A DNA stretch of 64,000 bases. Origin: Candidatus Cloacimonadota bacterium (lineage in GTDB: Bacteria; Cloacimonadota; Cloacimonadia; G963667145). Shown piece by piece: positions 23,177 through 35,786 of this stretch; the stretch's first letter is position 1, and the number at the start of each line of letters is the position of its first letter. The notes under the pieces were generated by a model, which saw nothing but the letters and a program-made list of their open reading frames with translations, was not told the origin of the DNA and did no database searches. Location of the stretch: positions 800,001-864,000 of the forward strand of contig OY762940.1 of the NCBI GenBank assembly GCA_963667255.1, written 5' to 3'. A program made the position numbers and the translations under genes.

Positions 23177-23391
23177 TAATTTTGAATAAAGCTGTTTTGC
23201 TTTTACTTTGGATGTATAAGAATGGAGTTTCTCCTTATTTACCAAATAGTTGCCGATTTACGCCTTCTTGTAGTGAGTATTCCAGATTGGCTTTCACCAA
23301 ATACCCTTTTTTCAAAGCTTTTTTCTTGAGCGTTTGGCGAATTTTAAGGTGCAATCCTTTTTCTAAAGGCGGATACGATCCGCTAAAGTAA
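23173..23391 (+). CDS. yidD: Membrane protein insertion efficiency factor
   Basis: CRFTPSCSEY...RILRCNPFSKGGYDP; likely GTG start at 23173 overlapping the rnpA stop. Confidence 0.92.
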   Translation: MIILNKAVLLLLWMYKNGVSPYLPNSCRFTPSCSEYSRLAFTKYPFFKAFFLSVWRILRCNPFSKGGYDPLK

Positions 23392-23408
23392 AACTTAGGG
23401 AGTTTATT

Positions 23409-24971
23409 TTGGACAAAAGAACATTTTTAGCAGTAATACTAATTTTTGGTATATTTTTTTTGAGTAGTCAGTATATGGTGTCAAAATCTGATGACGCCTC
23501 TCCGACTGAAAGTAAATCAACCGTTGAAACTGTTGATAAAGAAAGTTCCGCAAAAGAGACTGTGCAATCCAAAGTAAAAGTTTCTAAGGTTCGTGGCGAC
23601 ATCAAGTTGGACGAAAACATTGTATTGGAGAACGATAAGATAAAGCTTGTTTTTTCCAACAAAGGCGGTCAACTCATAGGTGCGTATCTTAAAGGGTATT
23701 CCAAGGATTTGTCCGGTGATGGCTCACTCAATCTTTTGGCTGGCAAAGCTCTTTCGGTCTCTTTTGACCAAGACGATTATCAAAATTATCTTTTCGATTA
23801 CGAATTGAGTGAAAATTCTCTCAAATTCATCGGGGATAAATACGAAAAAATATTTGTTCTGAATACCGATTACACTCTTAGTTTTGAACTTAGGGTTGCC
23901 GGCAAGAAATTCAATTACTATCAGATAAGTATGGGCGACGGTATCGCCGAGACGGAACTACATGTGAAGGGTAAGAATCGTGATTATGGTTCGGCTGCTT
24001 ATGTCGAGAATAGTTTGGAAAACGAAACCATGAGTAGCTTCGATGAGAAGCCTGATGTGTATGAGGGCGATGCTTCTTTTATTGCTGTTTACAACAAATA
24101 TTTTGCTCTGGGTGTGAGGAAACTTGGTTTTGAGAATGTTGTTAGAAGTGAGTTTTTTGTTATTAATGACAATCCGTCAGCTAATTTTAGGATTCAGGAA
24201 AGTAAAGACAATTTTTCTCACAAGTTCAGAGTTTACTTGGGACCAGTTTTGGTTCAAGATTTGCAGGCTATGGGTGGAGGATTTGAAAAGATTTCCGATA
24301 AAACTTGGAGTTTTTTGAATTGGCTAAGCAAATTTTTTATAAAAATATTGAGATTTATTCATAATCTTATACCGAATTATGGGATAGCTATCATTATTTT
24401 TGCGTTTCTGCTTAAAATAATTTTGTATCCGCTTACACATAAGATGTTTGAATCCACCCAAAAAATGCAAGAGATTCAGCCGATGATAGCGGAAATTCAA
24501 AGCAAATACAAGAACGACAAAGTTAAGATGAACAATGAGCTTCGTATGGTTTACAAGAATTATGGCGTTAATCCGCTTGGCGGATGTTTGCCTCTTTTAT
24601 TGCAAATTCCCATTTTTATCGCTTTGTATCCGGCTTTGAAGTATTCTATCGCTTTGCGTCAACAACCTTTTGTGGGGTGGATTGTAGATTTGTCAGCTCC
24701 TGACCCATATTATATTTTGCCGATTTTGATGGGTATTTTTATGTATGTGCAACAAAAGTTTACTATGGCGAGTAGTGGCGACCTTGCCAAAATGACCGAT
24801 CAACAAAAGGCGATGCAATCGACTCAAAAGATGATGATGTATGGGATGCCAGTTTTCATGGTGTTTATCTTCCGTGATTTCCCGTCCGGCTTGGTGTTGT
24901 ATTGGGCAGTGTTCAACTTGCTTTCCACCGTTCAGCAGATTTATATCAAGAAGAGATTTGCTAAGAAATAA
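23409..24971 (+). CDS. yidC: Membrane protein insertase
   Basis: NYGIAII, GVNPLGGCLPLLLQIPIF and PSGLVLYW motifs. Confidence 0.97.
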   Translation: MDKRTFLAVILIFGIFFLSSQYMVSKSDDASPTESKSTVETVDKESSAKETVQSKVKVSKVRGDIKLDENIVLENDKIKLVFSNKGGQLIGAYLKGYSKDLSGDGSLNLLAGKALSVSFDQDDYQNYLFDYELSENSLKFIGDKYEKIFVLNTDYTLSFELRVAGKKFNYYQISMGDGIAETELHVKGKNRDYGSAAYVENSLENETMSSFDEKPDVYEGDASFIAVYNKYFALGVRKLGFENVVRSEFFVINDNPSANFRIQESKDNFSHKFRVYLGPVLVQDLQAMGGGFEKISDKTWSFLNWLSKFFIKILRFIHNLIPNYGIAIIIFAFLLKIILYPLTHKMFESTQKMQEIQPMIAEIQSKYKNDKVKMNNELRMVYKNYGVNPLGGCLPLLLQIPIFIALYPALKYSIALRQQPFVGWIVDLSAPDPYYILPILMGIFMYVQQKFTMASSGDLAKMTDQQKAMQSTQKMMMYGMPVFMVFIFRDFPSGLVLYWAVFNLLSTVQQIYIKKRFAKK

Positions 24972-25013
24972 TTTTTGTTAGTGCTATAAAATTTTCTGTA
25001 TTTTTTGAGAAAA

Positions 25014-25170
25014 TTGCTTGGCGGTAGTCAACAAATGGGGCACACCGAAGTTTATCGTGGAGTTGCCGAGGATGTAACTTTTTGAAGAAGGTGCGACTTG
25101 AGATTGTGGTGAGAGAGGTTATTTTGCAGTCTGCTCTATAAGCTATAGTTGCGGGGCTCGTACCGGACAG
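25014..25170 (+). pseudogene. Decayed P-II nitrogen regulatory protein fragment (glnB/glnK family)
   Basis: Reads LLGGSQQMGHTEVYRGVAED[fs]NFLKKVRLEIVVREVILQSAL*AIVA[fs]ARTGQ, matching the P-II T-loop (GHTEvYRG), KVxLEIVV and ARTG; two 1-nt frameshifts and one stop. Confidence 0.75.
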
Positions 25171-25203
25171 AGTTTGAAATAAATATAAATTGAAAATCAT
25201 ACT

Positions 25204-25231
25204 AGCCTTCTCTTACGAGGAGGCTTTTTTT
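25204..25231 (+). terminator. Rho-independent terminator
   Basis: agccttctc-ttac-gaggaggct followed by a T tract. Confidence 0.7.
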
Positions 25232-25362
25232 ATGGTGATGAGGTTTATTATTTTGACTATCATAAAAAAAATGAACTTCTTGTTGACTTTTGAATAAGGA
25301 GAAGTAAGAATAAACAGCGTTGTTTAAATAAATAGAAAATTTTAATAAAAGAAATAGGGAGG

Positions 25363-26145
25363 ATGGGAAAAATGGGCAATCTTTTGGTTGAAAAAAAGGA
25401 AAGAATCTGTGTGGTTTCATTTAATAGACCGGAGTCTTTGAACGCATTGAATAGTGAGGTTCTTGCAGAGCTTAATGAGTGTGTGGATAAGCTAAATAAT
25501 GACAAAGATGTTGATGTTATTATTTTGACCGGAGCAGGCAAGGCTTTTGTAGCGGGAGCAGATATTTGTCAAATGAAGGATATGAATAGCGTAGAGGCTA
25601 GAAAATTTGGAGAGTTGGGGCAAGAAACTTTTAGGAAAATTGAGTTGCTTGATAAACCTGTCATTGCTGCTGTTAATGGTTTTGCACTTGGTGGTGGATG
25701 TGAATTGGCTATGAGTTGTGATATTCGTATAGCTTCTACCAAAGCAAAATTTGGTCAACCTGAGGTTGGTCTTGGCATCACACCGGGGTTTTCCGGAACG
25801 CAAAGATTACCTCGTATAGTTGGGATTGGTAAGGCTAAAGAGCTTATATATACTGCTAACATAATAGGTGCTGAAGAGGCTGAAAAAATTGGTTTGGCTA
25901 ATTGTGTGGTTGAGCCTGAAGAGCTGATGGACAAAGCAATGGGAATGGCTAAGCAAATTTTGAAAAATGGTCAATGGGCTGTTAGATTTTCTAAGTCTGC
26001 TATCAATACCGGCATGGAAGGAAGTCTTCATGAAGGCATTTTGGTGGAGAAAGAGATTTTTGCTTTGTGTTTTGCTACCAAAGACCAAAAAGAAGGAATG
26101 GATGCCTTTGTTTCCAAAAGAAAAGCGGAATTCAAAGGGGAATAG
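25363..26145 (+). CDS. crt: Enoyl-CoA hydratase (crotonase)
   Basis: AFVAGADI, GFALGGGCELA and FGQPEVGLGITPGFSGTQRL motifs. Confidence 0.88.
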   Translation: MGKMGNLLVEKKERICVVSFNRPESLNALNSEVLAELNECVDKLNNDKDVDVIILTGAGKAFVAGADICQMKDMNSVEARKFGELGQETFRKIELLDKPVIAAVNGFALGGGCELAMSCDIRIASTKAKFGQPEVGLGITPGFSGTQRLPRIVGIGKAKELIYTANIIGAEEAEKIGLANCVVEPEELMDKAMGMAKQILKNGQWAVRFSKSAINTGMEGSLHEGILVEKEIFALCFATKDQKEGMDAFVSKRKAEFKGE

Positions 26146-26170
26146 AAACTATTTTAATTTGTTAAGACTC

Positions 26171-26200
26171 AAAAGGCATTGTTTACTCAGTGCCTTTTTT
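26171..26200 (+). terminator. Rho-independent terminator after crt
   Basis: aaaaggcattg...cagtgcctttttt. Confidence 0.7.
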
Positions 26201-26272
26201 ATGGAGGTTTATTTGCCTTGACTATAAAAAATAATTGTTAAATCTTTGTTTTGTATTAAATGAGGAGGAAAG

Positions 26273-27070
26273 TTGAGAGTAAAAATCACATTTAGTTCTA
26301 ATGAAAATTTTTTTGTTCCTTTTAATTACAAGTACGAAATTTCTGCTTTGATTTACAAATTGATTGCCAAAGCTTCTCAAGATTATGCTACCTTTTTGCA
26401 TGAAAAAGGGTTTGAATTTGATTTTTTACGAAAATTTAAACTTTTTACTTTTTCCGATTTAAATTTCTTGCCCTTTAAAATTGATAAAACAAAAGGCGGA
26501 TTTTGTGAAGTCGAAAAAGTTGAACTAATTTTTTCCACTTTAATTCCTGAAAGTATTGAAAAATTTATTTCAGGGATTTTCAAAAAGCAGCAAATTTTTC
26601 TTGGTTTTAGCAAGGGTAAGAAAATTGATTTATTTGTAGAAGATGTAAGAGCCTTACTTGAGCCTAATTTTGATAACGAATTAAGATTTAAATGCCTTTC
26701 TCCAATAGTAGTGACTACCAAAAAAGAGATAAACGGAGATTTGAAACTGCATTTTGTCGAATATGATTCTCCTGATGAAAAAAAACAATTTGCTGACAAT
26801 ATTCATAAAAATCTTCTTTATAAATATGCTGCTTTTCATAGTAAAAAATACGAAAATCAAGATTATATTTTTGAATTTCATTTTGATGAAGATTACATCA
26901 AAAGTCGCAATAGGAAAGTTTATAAACTTTTGCGGTATAAAAACACCAATATAAAAGGGGTTTATGCTCCCGGGCTTATAAAAGCTCCCAAAGAGTTATT
27001 AGAAATTTTGTATTTTGGAGGAGTAGGAGAGAAGAATAGTAGTGGCTTTGGGTGTGTGGAGAAAGTTTGA
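26273..27070 (+). CDS. cas6: CRISPR endoribonuclease Cas6
   Basis: LHEKG...FKLFTFS; C-terminal Gly loop GVGEKNSSGFG. Confidence 0.95.
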   Translation: MRVKITFSSNENFFVPFNYKYEISALIYKLIAKASQDYATFLHEKGFEFDFLRKFKLFTFSDLNFLPFKIDKTKGGFCEVEKVELIFSTLIPESIEKFISGIFKKQQIFLGFSKGKKIDLFVEDVRALLEPNFDNELRFKCLSPIVVTTKKEINGDLKLHFVEYDSPDEKKQFADNIHKNLLYKYAAFHSKKYENQDYIFEFHFDEDYIKSRNRKVYKLLRYKNTNIKGVYAPGLIKAPKELLEILYFGGVGEKNSSGFGCVEKV

Positions 27071-27281
27071 GGAGGGAAAATGATTTATGATATATTAGAA
27101 ATATTTAAAAAAGAGTATGAAAAAAAAGGCGATAAACTTGTCTTAGGAAGTTATAATCTAAAAGAAGGTTTGTATGTAAAAATAAACAAGAACTATGAAA
27201 TAGAATATTTTATAGTTAAAAATAAGAATAAGAAACTTTCTTACCTCGTCCTGAAAAAAGTGGACTCTATTAGGAGGAAAC

Positions 27282-27668
27282 TTGGACAAAAGAGAGAAAA
27301 CTTTTAGATATTCAAAAGCTTTCAGAAATGAGGTTCTAAAGAATGTCAAAAACAAAAAATTGACGGTTTTGGAAGCGGGTAAATATTATGGAGTGGGATT
27401 TCCAACTATTTATCGATGGTTGAAAAAAGCTAATTATGACACGCCCTGTAAGGAGGTAATTTTTGTGAAACTATCAGATCAGCACTCTGCTTTGCAAGAG
27501 ATTGAGGAATTAAAAAAAGAGAATCGTGCTTTAAAAGAGGCTGTGAGCAAGTTAACGCTCGATAAATTGTGCCTTGAAAAGTGTGTAGAAATTGGTGAAC
27601 GGGACTTTGGTATGGAATTAAAAAAAAAGCCCGAAGTACAGGAATTGAGGAAATCAGGCAGAAAATAG
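27282..27668 (+). CDS. IS3 OrfA (HTH + leucine zipper)
   Basis: YSKAFR...TIYRW HTH; EIEELKKENRALKE coiled coil. Confidence 0.9.
   Translation: MDKREKTFRYSKAFRNEVLKNVKNKKLTVLEAGKYYGVGFPTIYRWLKKANYDTPCKEVIFVKLSDQHSALQEIEELKKENRALKEAVSKLTLDKLCLEKCVEIGERDFGMELKKKPEVQELRKSGRK
27620..27629 (+). other. -1 ribosomal frameshift slippery site (A9G) for the IS3 OrfAB fusion
   Basis: AAAAAAAAAG in orfA; the -1 frame stays open into orfB; present in all three copies. Confidence 0.75.
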
Positions 27669-28513
27669 TGGAGAAAAAGTTCCCTTTTAAAATGAATTCT
27701 GTTTGTAAATGGTTTGGGATTAGCAAGTCCGGTTTTTATAAAAAGAAGAAGCACATCGAAAAAACAAAGAAAATTGAAGATGAGATTTGCTTGCATATAA
27801 ATGCGTTACGCAAATTTGGACTTATGTGTGGAGCAAGAAAAACCAAGATTCATTTAAAGGAAGATTTTGACATTATTGTGGGCAGAGATAAATTGTTTGA
27901 TATTATGAGAGAAAACGATTTGCAAAGTAAATTTATTCGGAAAAAAGTTCAACATTCCAGTGGAGTTAAGCAAATCTTTGAGAATATGTTAACCGATGAA
28001 TTTAAGAAATCTGTTACAAAATTTGGGCAAGTAATTGTGACAGATATTACCTATATCAAATTGCCCAATAATAAGTTCTGTTACATTAGTTTGGTTGCGG
28101 ATTTGGCTACCAGAAAAATTTTGGGTTATAATGTGGCTCAAACTCTTTTGGCTGAAGAGTCGGTTAAGGTTATGCGGAAAACATTGAAAAAATATAAGTT
28201 GCCTAAAGATTGCATACATCATAGCGACAAAGGAGTGCAATATACGAGCAAATTATACACTGATTTTTTGAAGAAAAATAATTTTAGAATAAGCATGACA
28301 GGTGCGGGCAAATGTTATGATAACGCTTGTGCAGAGCGAGTTTTTAATACTTTGAAGAACGAATTTGGTTTTAATGTTGTTTTTTCAAGTTTGAAGGAAG
28401 TGCTAAGAGAGTTGAAGAATTTTGTTGATATTTATAACAATAAACGATATCATATGAGTTTGGATTATAGAACACCACAAAGTGTGTTTTTGGAGATGCA
28501 GAAAGCTGCATAA
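27668..28513 (+). CDS. IS3 OrfB DDE transposase
   Basis: VTDITYI, HHSDKGVQY and CYDNACAERVFNTLKNE motifs. Confidence 0.95.
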   Translation: MEKKFPFKMNSVCKWFGISKSGFYKKKKHIEKTKKIEDEICLHINALRKFGLMCGARKTKIHLKEDFDIIVGRDKLFDIMRENDLQSKFIRKKVQHSSGVKQIFENMLTDEFKKSVTKFGQVIVTDITYIKLPNNKFCYISLVADLATRKILGYNVAQTLLAEESVKVMRKTLKKYKLPKDCIHHSDKGVQYTSKLYTDFLKKNNFRISMTGAGKCYDNACAERVFNTLKNEFGFNVVFSSLKEVLRELKNFVDIYNNKRYHMSLDYRTPQSVFLEMQKAA

Positions 28514-29706
28514 TTAATAAAAAACTGAGTCCACTATTTTAGGACTGGACATCTTTTACGGATATAGATGAAAATTTAAACTATAGTGCTTATGAATGGT
28601 TTAAAGAACGAGATTATTATAGTGGATATTTGAACTCGAATAAAGCATTTTATGATAAAAAAATTCATAGTATAAATTATTTTTCTTTATTTGTTAAATT
28701 GGAAAGTTTTATTTCAACTGACACAAAAAAGATTTTAAAGAGTGAAATTATAGATAAACATTTTTTTAATCTTTGTAATTATAAAAAATTTCAAAAAAAA
28801 CAAGAAATTGAAATTATTCAAAATTTTCAAGAACATTTAAAAAATAGAGAAAGAAGAAAAGACATAATCAAGAAATATAAATTTTTAAGAGATAATTTGG
28901 ATTCTATAATTGAGGTAGCTAAGGGAAACAAAATAAAAAATTATGTTAAAGTGTTTTTTGAGGAAGATATTGGAAAATACAAAGAAGAAAGTAATATATA
29001 TTATTCTTTGAAAATATTTAATGATATCAATTATTGTGAATTTATTAATGAGGAAACATTTGGATTATCAAATTCAAATATGGGGTTAAATTCCAAAAAA
29101 CCGTATTTGGAACATAAAACAAAATTTAATACAGCTCCATTTCTAATAGAACAAAATGATGCTTTAATATTAAAAATATTTTTTGATTGGTTAAAACTTC
29201 AATCCTATAAGGATGAAGAGAACAAACCAATAGATAGATATTTGGATGATAGTTTTTTTATGCAAAAGCATTCTTCTAATGATGAAGCTGAAATTTTAGA
29301 TTTTGATTATATCCCAATAAGAGAAGATGAATTAAAAGAAACAATTTTGGTAAAAAATTATCTTTGGCTAAAAGAAGGGAAAGCATTAATTCAAGATTAT
29401 AAAATTAATAAATTAAGTCAATTTGAAGCGATAGTCGACGATATTTTTTATAACCATCAATTGATAAATAACTATTATGGCGAAGTATGGGAAAAACTTG
29501 ATAACTCTTTTGCAAATTTTATTTATATAACAAGAGATGCGATGGTATCTTATTTTAGAAAATATGATGAAAAAGGTTTTTATAATGTAGTTAGAAAATA
29601 TGGTTTAAAACTTGTAGTTGAGCATATAAAAAAAGATAGATTATTAAAAGCAGGTAAAGCTTTAAATTTGAGATTGTCTTTATTGAAATTTAAAGGAGAA
29701 AAAATT

Positions 29707-31827
<2,121 letters not shown>

Positions 31828-31829
31828 TA

Positions 31830-34271
31830 ATGTATATTGATTTTAGTAGTCTCAATATTTCTAAAAATATTTTTGCTCATAGAAAAGAAAAAAAGCCAAA
31901 AGAAACTTTGGAAGAACATTCAAATTTAACAAAAAAATATTTAGATTTGTTAATTCAGCAGAAAAATTTAGTTAAAATTATAGATAATTTGTTGAGTAAT
32001 ATCCCAGTAAAAAATGTTCAATTAGTGAGAGAAATGTTTTTTAATGCTGTATATCTTCATGATTTAGGAAAGAGCAGTCATGGATTCCAGCGATATAAAA
32101 TGGAAAATTTAGATTTTGGAGAGACAACAGCTTCTTCAAATCATTCTTATCCTTCTTCAAAAATATTTATCAAAATTTTTGCAGAAAAAATCGAAAAAAT
32201 TGATGATGAATTAGAAAATTATTTACTTTTTTTTGTTTTATATAATTTTGCTTACCAAATATCAAAACATCATGGTCGATTAGAATCTTTTGAAAGTTTT
32301 GTTGAGAAAACAAAAAATGAAGATTTAAAAAGTTTTCAAAAGAATTTGCAATATCTTAAAATTCCTGAATTTGAATTTTATATTCTCAATAAACTGCTTT
32401 TTTCCTTGTTAGTGAGTTCTGATTATTATGCTACAACGGAATATATGGTTGATTTAAAAACAAAAAATTTCGGATTATTTGATTTATCATTAAGAAAAAA
32501 ACTAAATCAAAAATTTGCTGTTTTTAAAAGTTCATTTCCAAAACCAAAAGGGATAAATGCTGCTCGCTCACAAATGTTCAATGAGACTGAAGAGGTTTTG
32601 ACTAAAAATTTTGATAAAAATATTTTTTATTTGGAAGCCCCTACTGGAAGTGGGAAAACTATAACTTCCATTAATTTAGCATTAAAATTATTGGAGAAAG
32701 ATAAGAAATTAAATAAATTTTTTTATATTTTCCCCTTTAATACTTTAGTTGAACAAACAAAAAATGTTTTTAAAAATATTTTTGAAGATTCAGTAAATAT
32801 TCAAGTTATTAACTCCATTACTCCGATTAAAATACAAAACGACGAGGAATTAGAGGATGAAGAAACTCAATACGAAAAATCATATTTAAGCAGATTGTTT
32901 TTTCATAATCCCATAATATTAATGACACATATAGCTTTATTTAAAATTTTATTCGGAATTACCAAAGAAGACAATTATCCTCTTTGGCAACTTGCCAATT
33001 CTGTGATTATCATTGATGAAATTCAATCTTACGATAACAATCTTTGGTGGTATATGATTGAATTTTTTCAAAAATATGCTGAGAGTTTAAATATCAAAAT
33101 TGTAATAATGTCTGCAACTTTGCCAAAACTTGACATTTTGTTGAATAAACCAAAAGGATTTGTTGATTTGATAAAAGACAGATCTCTTTATTTTGGAAGT
33201 AGTTATTTTAAAGATAGGGTTAAACTTGATTTTTCATTGTTAGAAGAAGAAACTTTTAAAAAAGGATCTGATGATTTGCGAAAAATTAGGATACAAAAAT
33301 TACTTTTTACCTTTGATAAAGAAAAAAATAATTATCAAAAGTTTCTTTTTGAGTTTATAAAGAAAAATACAGCTCGAGAAATTTTTAATCTTTTGAAAGA
33401 AAGGTTTAATGATGATTTTGATATTTATGAATTAACTGGTGATGATAATAAAGCTTATCGTGAATATGTGATTTCTAAAACAAAAGAGAACAAAAAAATA
33501 ATTATTGTAGCTACACAGGTTATAGAAGCAGGAGTCGATATTGATATGGATATCGGTTTCAAAAATATTTCAACCATTGATAGTGAAGAACAATTTCTCG
33601 GTAGAATAAATCGTAATTGCCAAAAGGATAATTCAAAAGCTTACTTTTTTTATTTAGATAATGAACAAGAGGTTTATAAACAAGATAACAGATTAGAGTT
33701 CAACTTGCGGAAGAAAGAATATAAAAACAACTTAATAAATAAAAATTTTAAAGATTTTTACAATGAAGTTTTAGTAAGAATTTTTAATAAAGGAAGTGAA
33801 ATAAAATCTGGTTTGGAAAGTGAAATTGACACTTTTAAAAAATATGTGGCAAACCTTAATTATAAGCTTGTTTCAGATAAAATGACTTTGATTAAATCTC
33901 AAAATTTCACAATATTTTTTCCGTTTAAGATTGATACTCAACAATATGAAATTGATGAATTTAAAAATATAGATTTTTCATTGTGTGAAGAAGGTAAATT
34001 AGATGGTAAAAAAGTTTGGGATAGATTTGAAAAATTGAACGAAATTAAAAGTTTTACTCAAAGAGAAATTGAAAAATCTAAAATAAACTCATTGATGCAA
34101 TTTTTTACTTTCAATGTTATAAAATACGATAACAATGAAATATTTACTGGGTATTACGATAAAGAAATTGGGGGAATTTATTATATAAAAGATTATAAAA
34201 ATTTTATTACCGAAGATTTAAAGTTTAAGCGAAAAGAATTTATTGATCAATGTAAAGACAATATATTTTGA
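31830..34271 (+). CDS. cas3: Cas3 HD nuclease-helicase
   Basis: LHDLGK, HHG, APTGSGKT, IDEIQ, MSAT and ATQVIEAGVDID motifs. Confidence 0.97.
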   Translation: MYIDFSSLNISKNIFAHRKEKKPKETLEEHSNLTKKYLDLLIQQKNLVKIIDNLLSNIPVKNVQLVREMFFNAVYLHDLGKSSHGFQRYKMENLDFGETTASSNHSYPSSKIFIKIFAEKIEKIDDELENYLLFFVLYNFAYQISKHHGRLESFESFVEKTKNEDLKSFQKNLQYLKIPEFEFYILNKLLFSLLVSSDYYATTEYMVDLKTKNFGLFDLSLRKKLNQKFAVFKSSFPKPKGINAARSQMFNETEEVLTKNFDKNIFYLEAPTGSGKTITSINLALKLLEKDKKLNKFFYIFPFNTLVEQTKNVFKNIFEDSVNIQVINSITPIKIQNDEELEDEETQYEKSYLSRLFFHNPIILMTHIALFKILFGITKEDNYPLWQLANSVIIIDEIQSYDNNLWWYMIEFFQKYAESLNIKIVIMSATLPKLDILLNKPKGFVDLIKDRSLYFGSSYFKDRVKLDFSLLEEETFKKGSDDLRKIRIQKLLFTFDKEKNNYQKFLFEFIKKNTAREIFNLLKERFNDDFDIYELTGDDNKAYREYVISKTKENKKIIIVATQVIEAGVDIDMDIGFKNISTIDSEEQFLGRINRNCQKDNSKAYFFYLDNEQEVYKQDNRLEFNLRKKEYKNNLINKNFKDFYNEVLVRIFNKGSEIKSGLESEIDTFKKYVANLNYKLVSDKMTLIKSQNFTIFFPFKIDTQQYEIDEFKNIDFSLCEEGKLDGKKVWDRFEKLNEIKSFTQREIEKSKINSLMQFFTFNVIKYDNNEIFTGYYDKEIGGIYYIKDYKNFITEDLKFKRKEFIDQCKDNIF

Positions 34272-34277
34272 TAGATT

Positions 34278-34784
34278 ATGAATTCTATGCCAAACAACCT
34301 AACAATTACCGCTACTCAGATTAATTACTATTTTGTGTGTCATCGTGAACTCTGGTTTTTTTCTCATCAGGTGAATATGGAGCAAAATTCGGAGTTGGTC
34401 GCTTTGGGTAAACTTTTGCACGAAAATTCTTATAAGAGAGAAGAGAAAGAAGTGCAAATCGGACCGATTAAAATTGATTTCATTGGTAAGGATAGAGTTA
34501 TTCACGAGGTTAAAAAAACACCTTCGATTGAAGAGGCTCATACTTGGCAACTCAAATATTATTTGTGGTATCTTAAACAATTGGGAGTGGAAAATTTAAA
34601 GGGCGAGATAGATTATCCTAAACTAAAAAAACGAACGGAAATTGTTTTGAGTAAAGAAGATGAAGAGCAAATCATAAAGATAATAAAAGAAATTGAGCAA
34701 ATTGTAAATTCGCCGGAGATCCCGCAAATCATCAACAAGTCCCGCTGTAAAAAATGTAGCTATTACGAACTTTGTTATATTTAG
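34278..34784 (+). CDS. cas4: Cas4
   Basis: YYFVCHRELW, KIDF..HEVKK and CKKCSYYELC motifs. Confidence 0.96.
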   Translation: MNSMPNNLTITATQINYYFVCHRELWFFSHQVNMEQNSELVALGKLLHENSYKREEKEVQIGPIKIDFIGKDRVIHEVKKTPSIEEAHTWQLKYYLWYLKQLGVENLKGEIDYPKLKKRTEIVLSKEDEEQIIKIIKEIEQIVNSPEIPQIINKSRCKKCSYYELCYI

Positions 34785-34793
34785 GAGGAAAAT

Positions 34794-35783
34794 ATGATAA
34801 AGGACTATTTTTCTTTTTCCAACGGATGTTTTCAAAGGAAAGATAATACACTTTTTTATACTAATCTTGAAGGGGTTAAAAAGGTTATTCCTATAGAAAC
34901 TGTCAGAAATTTATATTTCTTTGGGGAAACTGATTTTAATACTAAATTTTTGAATTTTCTTGGTCAAAATGAAGTGTTTTTGCATATTTTCAATTATTAT
35001 GGGTTTTATTCGGGAAGTTTTGTCCCCAGAGACACTTTGCTTTCTGGAGAAGTGATTGTCAATCAAGTAAAAAAATTTACCAAGCCTTCTTTGCAATTGC
35101 TTCTTGCCAAAGAATTAATTTCTGCTACCAGAGATAATATGCTCAAAAATTTGTCTTATTATGCTAACAGAGGGAAGAACGATTTGGAAGAAATCAAACA
35201 AAAAATTGGCAGTTTTAACCTTGAGGAAGCTGAAGACACTCAGCAATTGATGGGAATTGAAGGAAATATTCGAAAGAGCTATTACCAAAGTTTCAATACG
35301 ATTATTGACAGGGAAATTGATTTTGAAAAGCGAGTTAAACGACCACCGGACAATATGATAAACACTTTGATTTCGTTCGGGAATATGATGTTATATACGG
35401 CAGTTCTCTCGGAAATTTATCGCACTCAACTAAATCCTACGATTTCATTTTATCACAAACCTTCTTATCGTAGATATTCTTTGGCATTGGATATTTCGGA
35501 ATTGTTCAAGCCGTTTTTGGTGGATAGAATAATTTTTAAGCTTTTGAATAAAAATATGATTAGTGAAAAAGATTTTAAGAAAGAGCTGAATTTTTGCTAT
35601 ATGAAAGATAAAGCGAGGAAAATTTTTGTGAAAGAGTTTGATGAAAAATTGGCAACTACTATCAAGCATAAAAAACTTGGGAGAAATGTTTCTTATCGGC
35701 ATCTTATGAGGTTGGAATGCTACAAATTTGTCAAAGTTGTTTTGGAAAATATTGATTATGAAGCTTTTAGGATTTGGTGGTAA
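34794..35783 (+). CDS. cas1: Cas1, type I-B
   Basis: LMGIEG, RPPDNMINTLISFGN and SLALDISELFKP motifs. Confidence 0.97.
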   Translation: MIKDYFSFSNGCFQRKDNTLFYTNLEGVKKVIPIETVRNLYFFGETDFNTKFLNFLGQNEVFLHIFNYYGFYSGSFVPRDTLLSGEVIVNQVKKFTKPSLQLLLAKELISATRDNMLKNLSYYANRGKNDLEEIKQKIGSFNLEEAEDTQQLMGIEGNIRKSYYQSFNTIIDREIDFEKRVKRPPDNMINTLISFGNMMLYTAVLSEIYRTQLNPTISFYHKPSYRRYSLALDISELFKPFLVDRIIFKLLNKNMISEKDFKKELNFCYMKDKARKIFVKEFDEKLATTIKHKKLGRNVSYRHLMRLECYKFVKVVLENIDYEAFRIWW

Positions 35784-35786
35784 TTT

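Larger units (their letters stand above)
27242..28551 (+). mobile_element. IS3-family insertion sequence, copy 1 (1310 bp)
   Basis: IRs TACCTCGTCCTGAAAAAAGTGGACTC / GAGTCCACTATTTTAGGACTGGACA; 3-bp TSD TCT; orfA/orfB; three copies in the window. Confidence 0.95.

Noticed and set aside
25020..25170. Possible 6S RNA or riboswitch (rod-like pairing before a terminator)
   Set aside because: No diagnostic motifs, and the pairing relies on many G-U pairs; better explained as a P-II coding remnant
26146..27079. CreTA-like or regulatory mini-array near cas6/cas8
   Set aside because: No degenerate repeats seen upstream of cas6, and the cas6-cas8b gap is only 9 nt
27080..27307. 75-aa ORF as a standalone gene
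   Set aside because: It is the Cas8b N-terminus reading into the IS3 left end
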